Origin: Alphaproteobacteria bacterium
GTDB taxonomy: Bacteria; Pseudomonadota; Alphaproteobacteria; MPNO01; UBA830
Reading direction: 5' to 3'
DNA length: 64,000 nucleotides
NCBI GenBank assembly: GCA_964291215.2
Contig: OZ219790.1
Location: 928,001 to 992,000, forward strand
The number at the start of each line of letters is the position of its first letter. Position 1 is the first letter of the stretch. Position numbers and translations under genes: made by a program. The notes beneath the pieces were generated by a model, which saw nothing but the letters and a program-made list of their open reading frames with translations, did not search any database and was not told the origin of the DNA. Shown here piece after piece: positions 53,622 through 62,727 of this stretch.

Positions 53622-53689
53622 GGTACTGTAACTTGATGTCTGGAAATTTGTCTGAGGTTTGCGCTTTGAGGCGTTTCACTGGGGGGCTA
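53622..53689 (+). mobile_element. IS256 left-end fragment
   Basis: GGTACTGTAACTTGATGTCTGGAAATTTG equals the reverse complement of the 41410 end; cut at CTAG. Confidence 0.85.
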
Positions 53690-54901
53690 GTAGTCCACCG
53701 GCATTGTATTGATGGTTTTTTGTGGGTAGTATTTTCGTGTCGGCGTTCGTTGGAATCTGGACAGTGCCGATATCCACACGGGCAAGATGCCGAACAGGCA
53801 GGCAGCCCCATGCGCAGGTCCGGACAACGGGCATGCCCGCAGGTCTTCGGCGCAATGACAGGAGCAGCGCATATGGCCAACTCTCGGGGCAGGAAGCTCT
53901 ACCGGGTGACCCTTTCAGCGCAGGAGCGCCGGGATCTGAAGGCGATTGTCGACGGCACCGGGGCTGCCTGGCGCCGGACACAAATCCTGATGCTGAGGGG
54001 GCGCTTGTCGATGCCGACATTGCGCAAGGGCTGGGCATCGGCACGGCGACGGTCGAGCGCTTGCGCAAGCGCTGCGTCCTGGAGAAGCTGGACGCCGCCC
54101 TCAGCCGCAAGGAGCAGGTGAACCGCCGGCCAAAACGGGGGCGATGGAGGCGAAGCTGGTCTCGTCCCCGCCCGAGGGCTGTGGACGCTGAAGCTGCTCG
54201 CCGGCCGTCTGGTGGAGATCGTCGAGCGCATTTCGGAAGAGACGGTCAGGAAGACGCTAAAAAAAGAGATCAAGCCGTGGCTGAACTGGTGCATTCCACC
54301 GCACCGGAGCGCACAGTTCGTGGCGGCGGACGTGCTTGACATTTGTCAGCGGGACTTTGCCAGGGACGAGGTGCTGAGACCAGCCGGCAGCAGACGAAGG
54401 ACCCCCCCCCCCCGTCCTCCGGTCAGCCGGAGGTGGTCGACTATGAATATGAGCGCAACGGCACGGCCAACCTCTTCATGGCCTTTGCGCCCAACGAGAA
54501 CTGGCGCACGGTGAAAGTCACCGACCGCCGCGGGACTGGGCGCACTTCATCCGGGAGCTTGCCGACGACCATTTCCCCGACAAGAAGATCGTGCTGGACA
54601 ATCTGAACACGCACAGTCACTGTATGAAGCCTTCGAGCCCGAGGAGGCGGGTACGAAAGCGGTTCGAGTTTCGCTATACGCCAAAGCATGGAAGCTGGCT
54701 CAACATGGCCGAGATCGGTGCGCTGTCGTGGCAATGCCTTCGGCGACGCATTCCCGACCGCGACACCATGCTGCGGGAGACCGTGGCGTGGGTGGAACGG
54801 CGCAATGCGGCCGATGTCACTGTCGACTGGCGTTTCACGACGAAGGATGCCCGGACGAAACTGAAGTCTCTATATCCGTCAATCCAATAATGCCAGACTA
54901 C
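53690..54901 (+). mobile_element. Decayed IS630 element (different from 41589)
   Basis: WTLKLLA, SEETVRKTLKK, DYEYERNGTANLF, LDNLNTH, YTPKHGSWLNMAE; CTAG at both ends. Confidence 0.9.
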
Positions 54902-56412
54902 TAGTTGGGTTCTGATTGGTCGTAGTGCTCGTTGATGATGTCTGCGGCTTTTCCGTCGAGGGCGATCTGGGTGGCGACGAGTGGGTTGTAGCCGAGTGCG
55001 GCCATGGAGGTGAGGTAGCTTGAGCCCCGGCACCATGCTTTTGCGTGGAGCGGAAGCATCCGGACACCTTGACCTTTGCCATCCTGATCTTCTGTTCTCC
55101 GGCATTGTTGGTGAATCTGACGTCGGGGTCGTCTGTGAAGCGCAGGTTTTCGTGTTTCACGAGACGTTCGTGCAGGTTGTGCGCGTCGGACTTGCGTCCA
55201 CGTTTTCCTTTCGGCGGCGGCGGGATGTCGGGCAGTTCCCTGGCGCCCTGATGGTGCGGTAGCGCTTGCGCCCGGCGTCGTTCAGGGTTTTGGATGCGCT
55301 CTTGTTGACCTTGTGGCAGACCTCGCGGAGCAGGCTCTTCATCAGTCGCGCGGTAGCCTCGACGACAAAGGTCAGTTCGCGCAGCAGGTGGCTGCCACAC
55401 AGCTGGTGGCTACACTGGCCCATGTACGAGGCCCAGGACGTCCTTGTAGCACGGGCCGATCTCTTGCCCGCGCTTGCGGTGCGGGAACTTGCACGTCAGG
55501 GTCCCACGACATGAAACCACTTGCTGTTGATCCGAAATCATCGACATCGGGCGTTGCAGGAGGTACGCCACGGCGGCCTCCTCCCATGACGCATCGTGAA
55601 AGCATAGCTGAGGCAGGTTGCCTCGGAGAGCTTGATGCCGGAGATCGCCTGCACGAGCGCGACGGCACGGCGCAGGGACAGCATCTGGGCGACCAGCAGG
55701 TTGATGACGAGAGCCTGGATGCCGATGCCGTACTGCACGGGATGTTGTCGGGGAACCGGCCCTTGGTCCGGGCCTTGCACTTCGGACATTCCTTGATCTC
55801 GGCGCGGCGCTCGACGACCTCGAACACGATGTCGTGCGGCGCTCCCGATCGATGGGGCCGTCGATGTCGGTGCCGCAGGCGTCGCAGGCCGCGACCGTCT
55901 CCTCGACGATGATCTTGCGCAGGTTGTCGCCCATCTGCCGGTTCGGCTTCGGGCCGTTGCTCCCGGCACGCTCTTGTCCGTCTGTGACGGCGGCAGACCG
56001 GAGTTCCGGCTCGTGCGTGGTCTTCTCCAGAAGGACGACGATGATGATGTCGAGTAGGATGACGAGGACGCGGATGACGGCCTCTTCCGCCACTTTGCCG
56101 GCCGCACGCAGCGCCACGATCTTGGCCGCTTCGAACTCCTCGCGCGCCGCCCGTCGCCATCACCCGGCCTTGCGCTTCATCAGCGCGCCGCTTCCGAGAT
56201 GCGTTTCCACATACAGATCATGCGGGGGCTGGAGCCCCGAAAGCAGCTGGCACAGCCCGCTCGTCGCCTTCGATCCAAAGTAGCCCACTGGCGGTCCCCG
56301 TCGTTCTCGATGACCACCACTAAACGAATCGGCCTGCAGTGTCAAATCTCCACGAAAACCCGTTCGTTGCTCTACCCCGACATCAAGCTGGAACCAGGGG
56401 GTGAGCAGTTAC
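54902..56412 (-). mobile_element. Decayed IS66-family element (copy 1) with adenine-methylase passenger fragment
   Basis: End GTAACTGCTCACCCC; CGSHLLREL, FTNNAGEQKIRMAKVKVSGCFR; GYFGSK..YVETHLGSGA. Confidence 0.85.
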
Positions 56413-57058
56413 GTACGTTAGATTGATAGATCCCGGACCATGTCTTCCTGTCGTCATCGTCTCGTCTCCTTCAGGCGAAAGCCCATCTGCAGCGCCCGTC
56501 GACCGCCGGAGAAGGCGCACGACGGGGCGGCAGGTCACTGAAGGATGAGAGTTGGAGCCGCAGCCCCTGGAGGGCCGCGACAGGGATCGTGCCAGAGAAA
56601 GCTGATCCGCCCGCAAGGCCGTCCTGTCGCCGGCGCGGCGTGCGCGCTCTCGCGCGCTGCCCGGTAACCTGTTCATCTGGCCGCGCCCGGCGTTCCTCCG
56701 GAGAGGACGCACGGGCGGGGAAGACAGCAGTCAGGCAGGAGCGGCTCTCCCGAAGGCGACCCGGCAGACCGGCGCCGGAAGCCGGCAAATGCAAGACATG
56801 AAGAAGCGCGAGGCGCGATTCTACACCGTGTTTGAGCCGCGGAAGTCAAGTCCGGATACACCCGTCGCTACGATGGCGCAGAACCAGTAACCCGTTGCGC
56901 AGCCCCGCACAAGCCGCCCGGACGCCGATTGTCCCGACCTGTTGCATCCGTGCCACAGCCCGCAGCCGAAGGGCTCCCGCACGCCGAGCCTGCGCCGTTT
57001 CTGCCCCCTCCGGCTGGCGCTCTGTTCGGCGTTTCTCGCATAACTCTGGCTCGGCGCG

Positions 57059-59428
57059 TCAGCCGACGAAGTCGAAATCGGCCTCGGTCAGTTGCGACGC
57101 CTGGACCCCCTCCAGGGTGACAGTCCCCGACCACCAGGTAATGATAGCGCCGCTGTCGGTCTGCCGGATATCGAGGTCGTCGAAGCCGAGTTCCGAGTCG
57201 ACCGAATAGAAGGCGATTTGGTCCCTCACGAGCCTCCCGTGATCGAAATCGAGGATCGTGTCGTCGCCACCATACGTGAATCCGAACCGGTCGCTGAGGC
57301 CCGCGCGGCCCCGGAGCGTGTCATCGCCCATGCTGTCGTCGAGTATCAAGTGGGGCTCGTATAATTCGACCGGGACGTGGGCAAAGACATCAGCCTTGCT
57401 CAGTTGCCACGTCTGAATCCCCTTCAGGGTGATGGTCCCCAAGGACCAGGTGATGACGGCGTCACTGCCGGACTGCCGGATCTCAAGGTCGTCGAAGCGG
57501 TACTCCCCATCGACCGAGCCGAGGACGATGTAGTCCGTCCCGTCCTCAAAGTCGAGGATCGTGTCGTCGCCGCCATCCTTGAATCCCCACTTGCTGGCGT
57601 AGCCCTCCGTTCCGAAAACAAAATAGTCGTTGCCCTCCCCGCCCCGGAGCGTGTCATTGCCCAGACCGCCCGAGAGCCAATCCCAGCCTTTGCCGCCTTC
57701 CAGCAGGTCGTCACCGTCACGACCTCTCAGCGTGTCGCTGCCATCGCCGCCCCAGAGCTCATCGTCACCCGAGTTGCCGCGGAGGTGGTCTTTCCCCGCG
57801 CCGCCATAGATCTTGTCATCACCTTTTCGACCGTAGAGCTTGTCGTCACCCGAGTTGCCGTAGATCGTGTCGTCGCACGCGGTGCCAAAGATCGACTCGG
57901 CGCCTGCACCGCCATGAATGGTCTCACCGCAGACCTCAGCGTCGTCGAGGGGGTTGCCGCCGTCGTTGTCATTGTCGAGGGGGTTGCCGCCGTCGTTGTC
58001 GTCGTCGAGGGGGTTGCCGCCATCGTTGTCGTCGTCGAGGGGGTTGCCGCCATCGTTGTCGTCGTCGAGGGGGTTGCCGCCATCGTTGTCGTCGTCGAGG
58101 GGGTTGCCGCCATCGTTGTCGTCGTCGCTCGTACTGGCGCCGTAAGCGGCCTTTTCGTGATCGTCGCCGCCAGAAGGCAGGATGAAGTCGTCCTCGCCGA
58201 GGGACGCCGCCGACACGCCCGACAGCCTGATCGTGTCGCCGCCGCCGCCGTAGCGAATGACGGTATCGGTGCCGTCCTGCTCGATGACCAGCGCCGCGAA
58301 TCCGCCGGACTCGCCGTCGAGGCGAATCCGGTCGCCGGCTCCGAAGTCGGTGATCGTGTCGTGGCCGTCTCCCGCCACGAACACGAAGGTGTCGGCGCCC
58401 TTGCCGCCCCCCAGCGTGTCATCGCCCGCGCCGCCGCGCAGGGTGTCGGCACCCCTGGCGCCGCGCAGCGTGTCGTCGCCCGCGCCGCCGTCCAGCGTGT
58501 CGTTGCCCTTGCCGCCCCCCAGCGTATCGTCGCCAGCCCCGCCGGTCAGCGTGTCGGCGCCCAGGCCGCCATAGAGGAGGTCGTCGCCGGCCCCGCCGGT
58601 CAGCGTGTCGGCGCCCCCGTAGCCACGCAGGGTGTCGTCGCCGGCCCCGCCGGTGAGCGTGTCCGCGTCCTTGCTACCCTTCAGCACCTCGCCGCCAGAA
58701 GGCCCGCCGCTCGAGGCGTCGCCGGACGTGCCCTCCGGCGGCGCGCCCTGTGCAAGAGCGTCCTCGCCGCCGCCCTCCGGCGGGGCTGCCTCGACGGGAA
58801 GGAACCGGAAGTCGTCCGCGCCAAGGGAGGCCGCCGTCACGCCCTCCAGCTTGATCGTGTCGCCGTCGCCGTAGCGGATGACGGTATAGAAGCCCTTCTG
58901 CTCGATCACCAGATCCCCGAAACCGCCGGACACCCCGGCAATCTCGATGATGTCGCCAGCCTCGAAATCGCCGATGTAATCGGCCCCGTCGCCGACCGCG
59001 AACGCAAAGACGTCATGGCCACTGCCGCCATAGAGCGAGTCCGCGCCCCGGCCGCCGGTCAGCCTGTCGGCGCCCCGGCCGCCTTCCAGACGGTCGTTGC
59101 CCGCACCGCCATCCACCGTGTCGTCCCCGTCGCCGCCATAGAGCGTGTCGTTGTCCGTGCCGCCGTCCAGCGTGTCGTCGCCAGCACCGCCGTCCAGCAC
59201 ATCGTCGCCAGCACCGCCGTCCAGCGTGTCATCGTCCGAACTGCCGGGGTTCATGAGGAGAAAGTCCGCGTCGGCACCCGGGCTTGCGGTTCCGCCCGTC
59301 AGCGTGTCGTCGCCAGCGCCGCCCGTCAGGATGTCGTCTCCGAGGCCGCCTTTCAGGATGTCATTGCCGAGGCCACCCGTCAGGGTGTCGTCGTCGGCGC
59401 CGCCGGTCCGGGAAATATTCTGTGTCAT
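57059..59428 (-). CDS. RTX/hemolysin-type calcium-binding repeat protein (probable T1SS substrate)
   Basis: Many GGxGxDxL nonapeptides in four modules; C-terminal DFDF; GAGGAG RBS. Confidence 0.92.
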   Translation of the reverse strand: MTQNISRTGGADDDTLTGGLGNDILKGGLGDDILTGGAGDDTLTGGTASPGADADFLLMNPGSSDDDTLDGGAGDDVLDGGAGDDTLDGGTDNDTLYGGDGDDTVDGGAGNDRLEGGRGADRLTGGRGADSLYGGSGHDVFAFAVGDGADYIGDFEAGDIIEIAGVSGGFGDLVIEQKGFYTVIRYGDGDTIKLEGVTAASLGADDFRFLPVEAAPPEGGGEDALAQGAPPEGTSGDASSGGPSGGEVLKGSKDADTLTGGAGDDTLRGYGGADTLTGGAGDDLLYGGLGADTLTGGAGDDTLGGGKGNDTLDGGAGDDTLRGARGADTLRGGAGDDTLGGGKGADTFVFVAGDGHDTITDFGAGDRIRLDGESGGFAALVIEQDGTDTVIRYGGGGDTIRLSGVSAASLGEDDFILPSGGDDHEKAAYGASTSDDDNDGGNPLDDDNDGGNPLDDDNDGGNPLDDDNDGGNPLDDDNDGGNPLDNDNDGGNPLDDAEVCGETIHGGAGAESIFGTACDDTIYGNSGDDKLYGRKGDDKIYGGAGKDHLRGNSGDDELWGGDGSDTLRGRDGDDLLEGGKGWDWLSGGLGNDTLRGGEGNDYFVFGTEGYASKWGFKDGGDDTILDFEDGTDYIVLGSVDGEYRFDDLEIRQSGSDAVITWSLGTITLKGIQTWQLSKADVFAHVPVELYEPHLILDDSMGDDTLRGRAGLSDRFGFTYGGDDTILDFDHGRLVRDQIAFYSVDSELGFDDLDIRQTDSGAIITWWSGTVTLEGVQASQLTEADFDFVG
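57941..58127. repeat. 30-bp tandem repeat x6 encoding DDDNDGGNPL
   Basis: Units start at 57941, 57971, 58001, 58031, 58061, 58091. Confidence 0.95.
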
Positions 59429-59640
59429 CGCGCTCTCTCCTCAACATATGGGTTTCCATCGCAGGGCCATGACGGCATTGCCTCGCCGAAAGGCCGGTTC
59501 CGCCCACCAAGCCGCCCACTCGCAGAACGCATCCTACCCGGCGCATCCGGCCGTTGCAACCGAATTCGGCCCGGTGGCACGGTGATCCCGCGCTGCTAAT
59601 CCGGCGACGACTGGCGAGATTTTCTCAGTTTGCGTCGCGC

Positions 59641-59656
59641 TGCAATCGTGCCGCCA
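59641..59656 (-). promoter_or_regulatory. Candidate sigma54 promoter facing the RTX gene
   Basis: Minus strand TGGCGGCACGATTGCA (GG-N10-GC). Confidence 0.45.
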
Positions 59657-59675
59657 AGGCTCGATGGGACCTTCT

Positions 59676-59690
59676 TGGCACGAAAATTGC
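59676..59690 (+). promoter_or_regulatory. Candidate sigma54 promoter
   Basis: TGGCACGAAAATTGC matches the TGGCACG-N4-TTGC consensus exactly. Confidence 0.6.
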
Positions 59691-60204
59691 GATCAAGGAG
59701 GCGATCTGTGATGAGCCGAGCCCCAACGCATTCGGATTTCGCGTCTCTGAATTAGTGCCTGCGAAAAAAACATAAAATCGCTTGATTTTTTTGTAGAATC
59801 CTGATATAGAGGGGATGAAGAATCTCGCTTTGGGGTAGGAATTGGACGATCAGACCGGAAATCCACCGGATTTTCGGAAAACTTCGCGAGAATTGCCATG
59901 CGAAACGTTCCGCAGCTGGAATTGGGCCAGGTTGCGATCGAGAAGATCGATCTCAGCAAAGACTCGCGGGATGACATGCGCGGGATTCAGCACGTGTATG
60001 CCGACCCGGCTGTTCAAGATCCTGGAGGAGGGGACCCTTCCGAGAGTGTCCCACAGGAAAGCGCGTCCCGGCGTTGTGGAAGATTCTGGTGTCCTGAAGC
60101 AGAGCTTGGGGTATGACCTTATATGACTAGGTTTTGTCCCCTTGATGATGAAATCATCCACAGCAGTTGGGGGCGGGAAAATGTGGATCTGTGGGAGAGC
60201 TATG

Positions 60205-60392
60205 GTTGCAGAGAGATTCCGCTCCCCTGAGCGAACACGCACAGGGGAGCGGGGATCAAACGATCTCCGCGGAGGTTGCCGTTTTGACCTTGACAGAGCC
60301 GCGACCGAGTGTGGTCGGCCAACCTCCCTTGACGTCCCTCGCTGGATGCTTGGGTTTGAACCCGTATCATCGTAAGGCGAGGAGCAAGGGAC
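60205..60392 (+). ncRNA. IS110 bridge RNA
   Basis: 5' hairpin plus two internal-loop stems whose guides match the target (TGACCT / CGAG) and donor (TGGATGCT / TAAG); boundaries approximate. Confidence 0.85.
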
Positions 60393-61146
60393 GATGGTCA
60401 AGATAGTAGCAGGGGTCAGCAAGGCCAGTCTGGACATCTGGCGCATTGTTTTGCGAACGACGCCACGGGCAGGTGGCTTCGCGGCCTCGGGGTGAGCCGG
60501 GTGGTGGGCGACAGGCCGCTATCACCGCAAGGTTCACCAGTGTCTTCATGACCGGGGCTTCGAGGTTATTCTCGTCAACCCGTTGCGGGCGCTTCGCCGA
60601 GGCGATGGGCCATCTGGCCAAAACCGACCGCGTCAACGCCAAGATCGGCTGGGCGATCTTGAGCCTGTGGCTCCGCCTTCCTCAAGAGCCTGGAGGATCT
60701 CTTGGTGCCGCGCTTGTCGACGCCAAGCAGGTGGCAGATGAGGTGGATGGCGAGACCGTCACAAGGGCCTCGGCGGCCGATCTCAATGATCGCATTGCCG
60801 GCGCGGCGATCAAAGCGGTGATCGCCGGTGATCCCGAGCAGAGGTACGCCATCCTGACCTCGATCCCCGGTCCGGTGACCGCCGCGGCCCTTCTGGATGC
60901 CCGAACTCGGCAGCGTCGGCAGCCTTGATCGGGGTGGCGCCGATGGCCAACGACCACGGTGCTCGGCACATCCGTGGCGGGCGCCGAAGGCCACGCGATC
61001 TCCTGGCCGCAACCGGCACGCTTCAACGCGAACCTGGTGCGCCTCAAGACTGCCGGCAAGGCCCACAAGGTCGCGATTGTCGCCGTGATGCGCAAGCTCT
61101 GGCGAACACCCTGCTGCGACAGCAGCGTTGCCTGAAGCACCGGTGA

Positions 61147-61353
61147 GTGAGCGAAGGAGACACGGCCCTCACCCCTGCCGAGAGCGCGATCGGGACTGTC
61201 TCGACAGTCTCCCTCTACGACACGACTTGGGGAGAATGTCTGCAGATCATCGTCGAGGCCGACATCGAGGAGACCGAACCGCCTTGGGACACCTGGAACC
61301 CAATTGACGACGGTCACGTGCCCGGGGACGGCAAGGTAGCCGCGTTCACGTGA
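61147..61353 (+). CDS. Small acidic ORF inside the IS110 right end
   Basis: 68-aa open frame starting right after the recombinase remnant; no motif recognised. Confidence 0.3.
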   Translation: MSEGDTALTPAESAIGTVSTVSLYDTTWGECLQIIVEADIEETEPPWDTWNPIDDGHVPGDGKVAAFT

Positions 61354-62727
61354 CCAATGGACGGCAACCCGCCGCCGGGACCACAAGCTTCATGTCGCCT
61401 CGCTCGCAGAGCAAACCCCACACCGCTTGTGGACAACCACAGAAAACATCACCGCAGACACCCGCAAAAACCTTGCCAAGAAACATGGATGCTCGATCAT
61501 CTGCACGAACTGGTGAACGAGACGGTTCGCAAGTTCCTGGACCACGGCGATATCCGGGACAACACGAGGTACAGCTATCGGACGGTGCTGGAGAACGTGA
61601 GCCATCTGACGCCGGAAGTGCTGGAGAAGGTATCGCAGCTGGTGGCTGAGAGCGGCCATGCGATGGTCCGCAAGAGCAAGTCGGACGGGTCCTTTGCGGG
61701 GCCGCTGCGATTCGTTCGTGGTGCACTACCCGACGGACGTCAACCTGCTGTGGGATGCGATGCGTTGTCTGGTGCGCGGCCGTGTTCGCGGGGGTGGCGG
61801 CAGTGGCAGCATCGGAGTCGCGGGAAGCGCTTTCAGAAGGTTTCCGGCGGGCCTCTTCGGAGGATGGTACCTCGACGACAGCCGGGAGTTGGAGCGCAGG
61901 AGACGGTTTCGGCACTTGTGGAGAAGGGCGTCGGGGCCTCCAGGATTCACAAGATCCAATCGTATCTCAACCATGCCCGCCGGCAGATCGACCAAGTAGA
62001 CCGCCGCCTAAGGCGAGAAGATCCCGCAGGAAGAGAGGGTGTTTTCGATCTTCGAGGAGCGCTGGTGCGTGAAGGGCAAGTGCCGGTGGCCGTGCTGGAG
62101 GACCAGCACGGCTTCCTCCTGCACCACCGGATCCTGTGGGAGGGCAGTGACGTGGACCATGCGGTGCCCATGATCCAGGAAGCACAGGCTCGCTTCCCCG
62201 ATCTGCGCCTGTGCAGTTTCGATCGCGGGTTCCACAACCCCTCCAACCGGATTGCACTGGACGAGTTGCTGGACGCGCTGCCGAAGAAGGGAAAGCCTGG
62301 TCGGGCGGACCGGGAAGCTGAGACGACGTTCCGGGAGATGCGCCGACAGCATCCGGCCGTGGAGTCGGCGATCAATAATCTTGAGCAACGCGGCATGGAC
62401 CGGGTCCTGTGGGGCGGACGGCTTTGCGCGGATGGTGGCGCTGTCCATGGTGGCCTTCAATGTCCACCGCCTGCTGTTGCACGGACGGGCCCGACGACGA
62501 CGAAAACGCGCCGCCTGACGGCGGCGTCCCTCCACCCCACCCACCCGCCGGGAGCGGGAACGGAGCCGCTCGTCCGGCTTCTCGGCTGGAAGAGCCCTGA
62601 TACCGTCGCGAATCAGCAGGAATCCCCCCGAAAACGGAGCGGGACCCGGAAGGGCGATCAAACCAGAAATTTCGCCGGAATCTCAGCTAAAACGGTCATT
62701 TCCGCGCGGGCACGAATTACCAAAATA

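Larger units (their letters stand above)
60120..61493 (+). mobile_element. IS110 family element (recombinase decayed, about 60394-61146)
   Basis: CT core at both junctions; MVKIVAG..SKASLD, AKTDRV, LTSIPG, GVAP, KVAIVAVMRKL fragments. Confidence 0.9.
59755..62713 (+). mobile_element. Decayed ISNCY (ISDol1-like) element interrupted by IS110
   Basis: Ends GTGCCTGCG / CGCGGGCAC, 6-bp TSD GAATTA at 59749 and 62714; SRDD, SFDRGF, HPAVESAINNLE. Confidence 0.88.

Noticed and set aside
57941-58127. Possible CRISPR array
   Set aside because: Contiguous 30-bp units with no spacers, in frame within the RTX gene, no cas genes
57377-59599. 740-aa plus-strand ORF
   Set aside because: Antisense shadow of the GC-rich RTX gene
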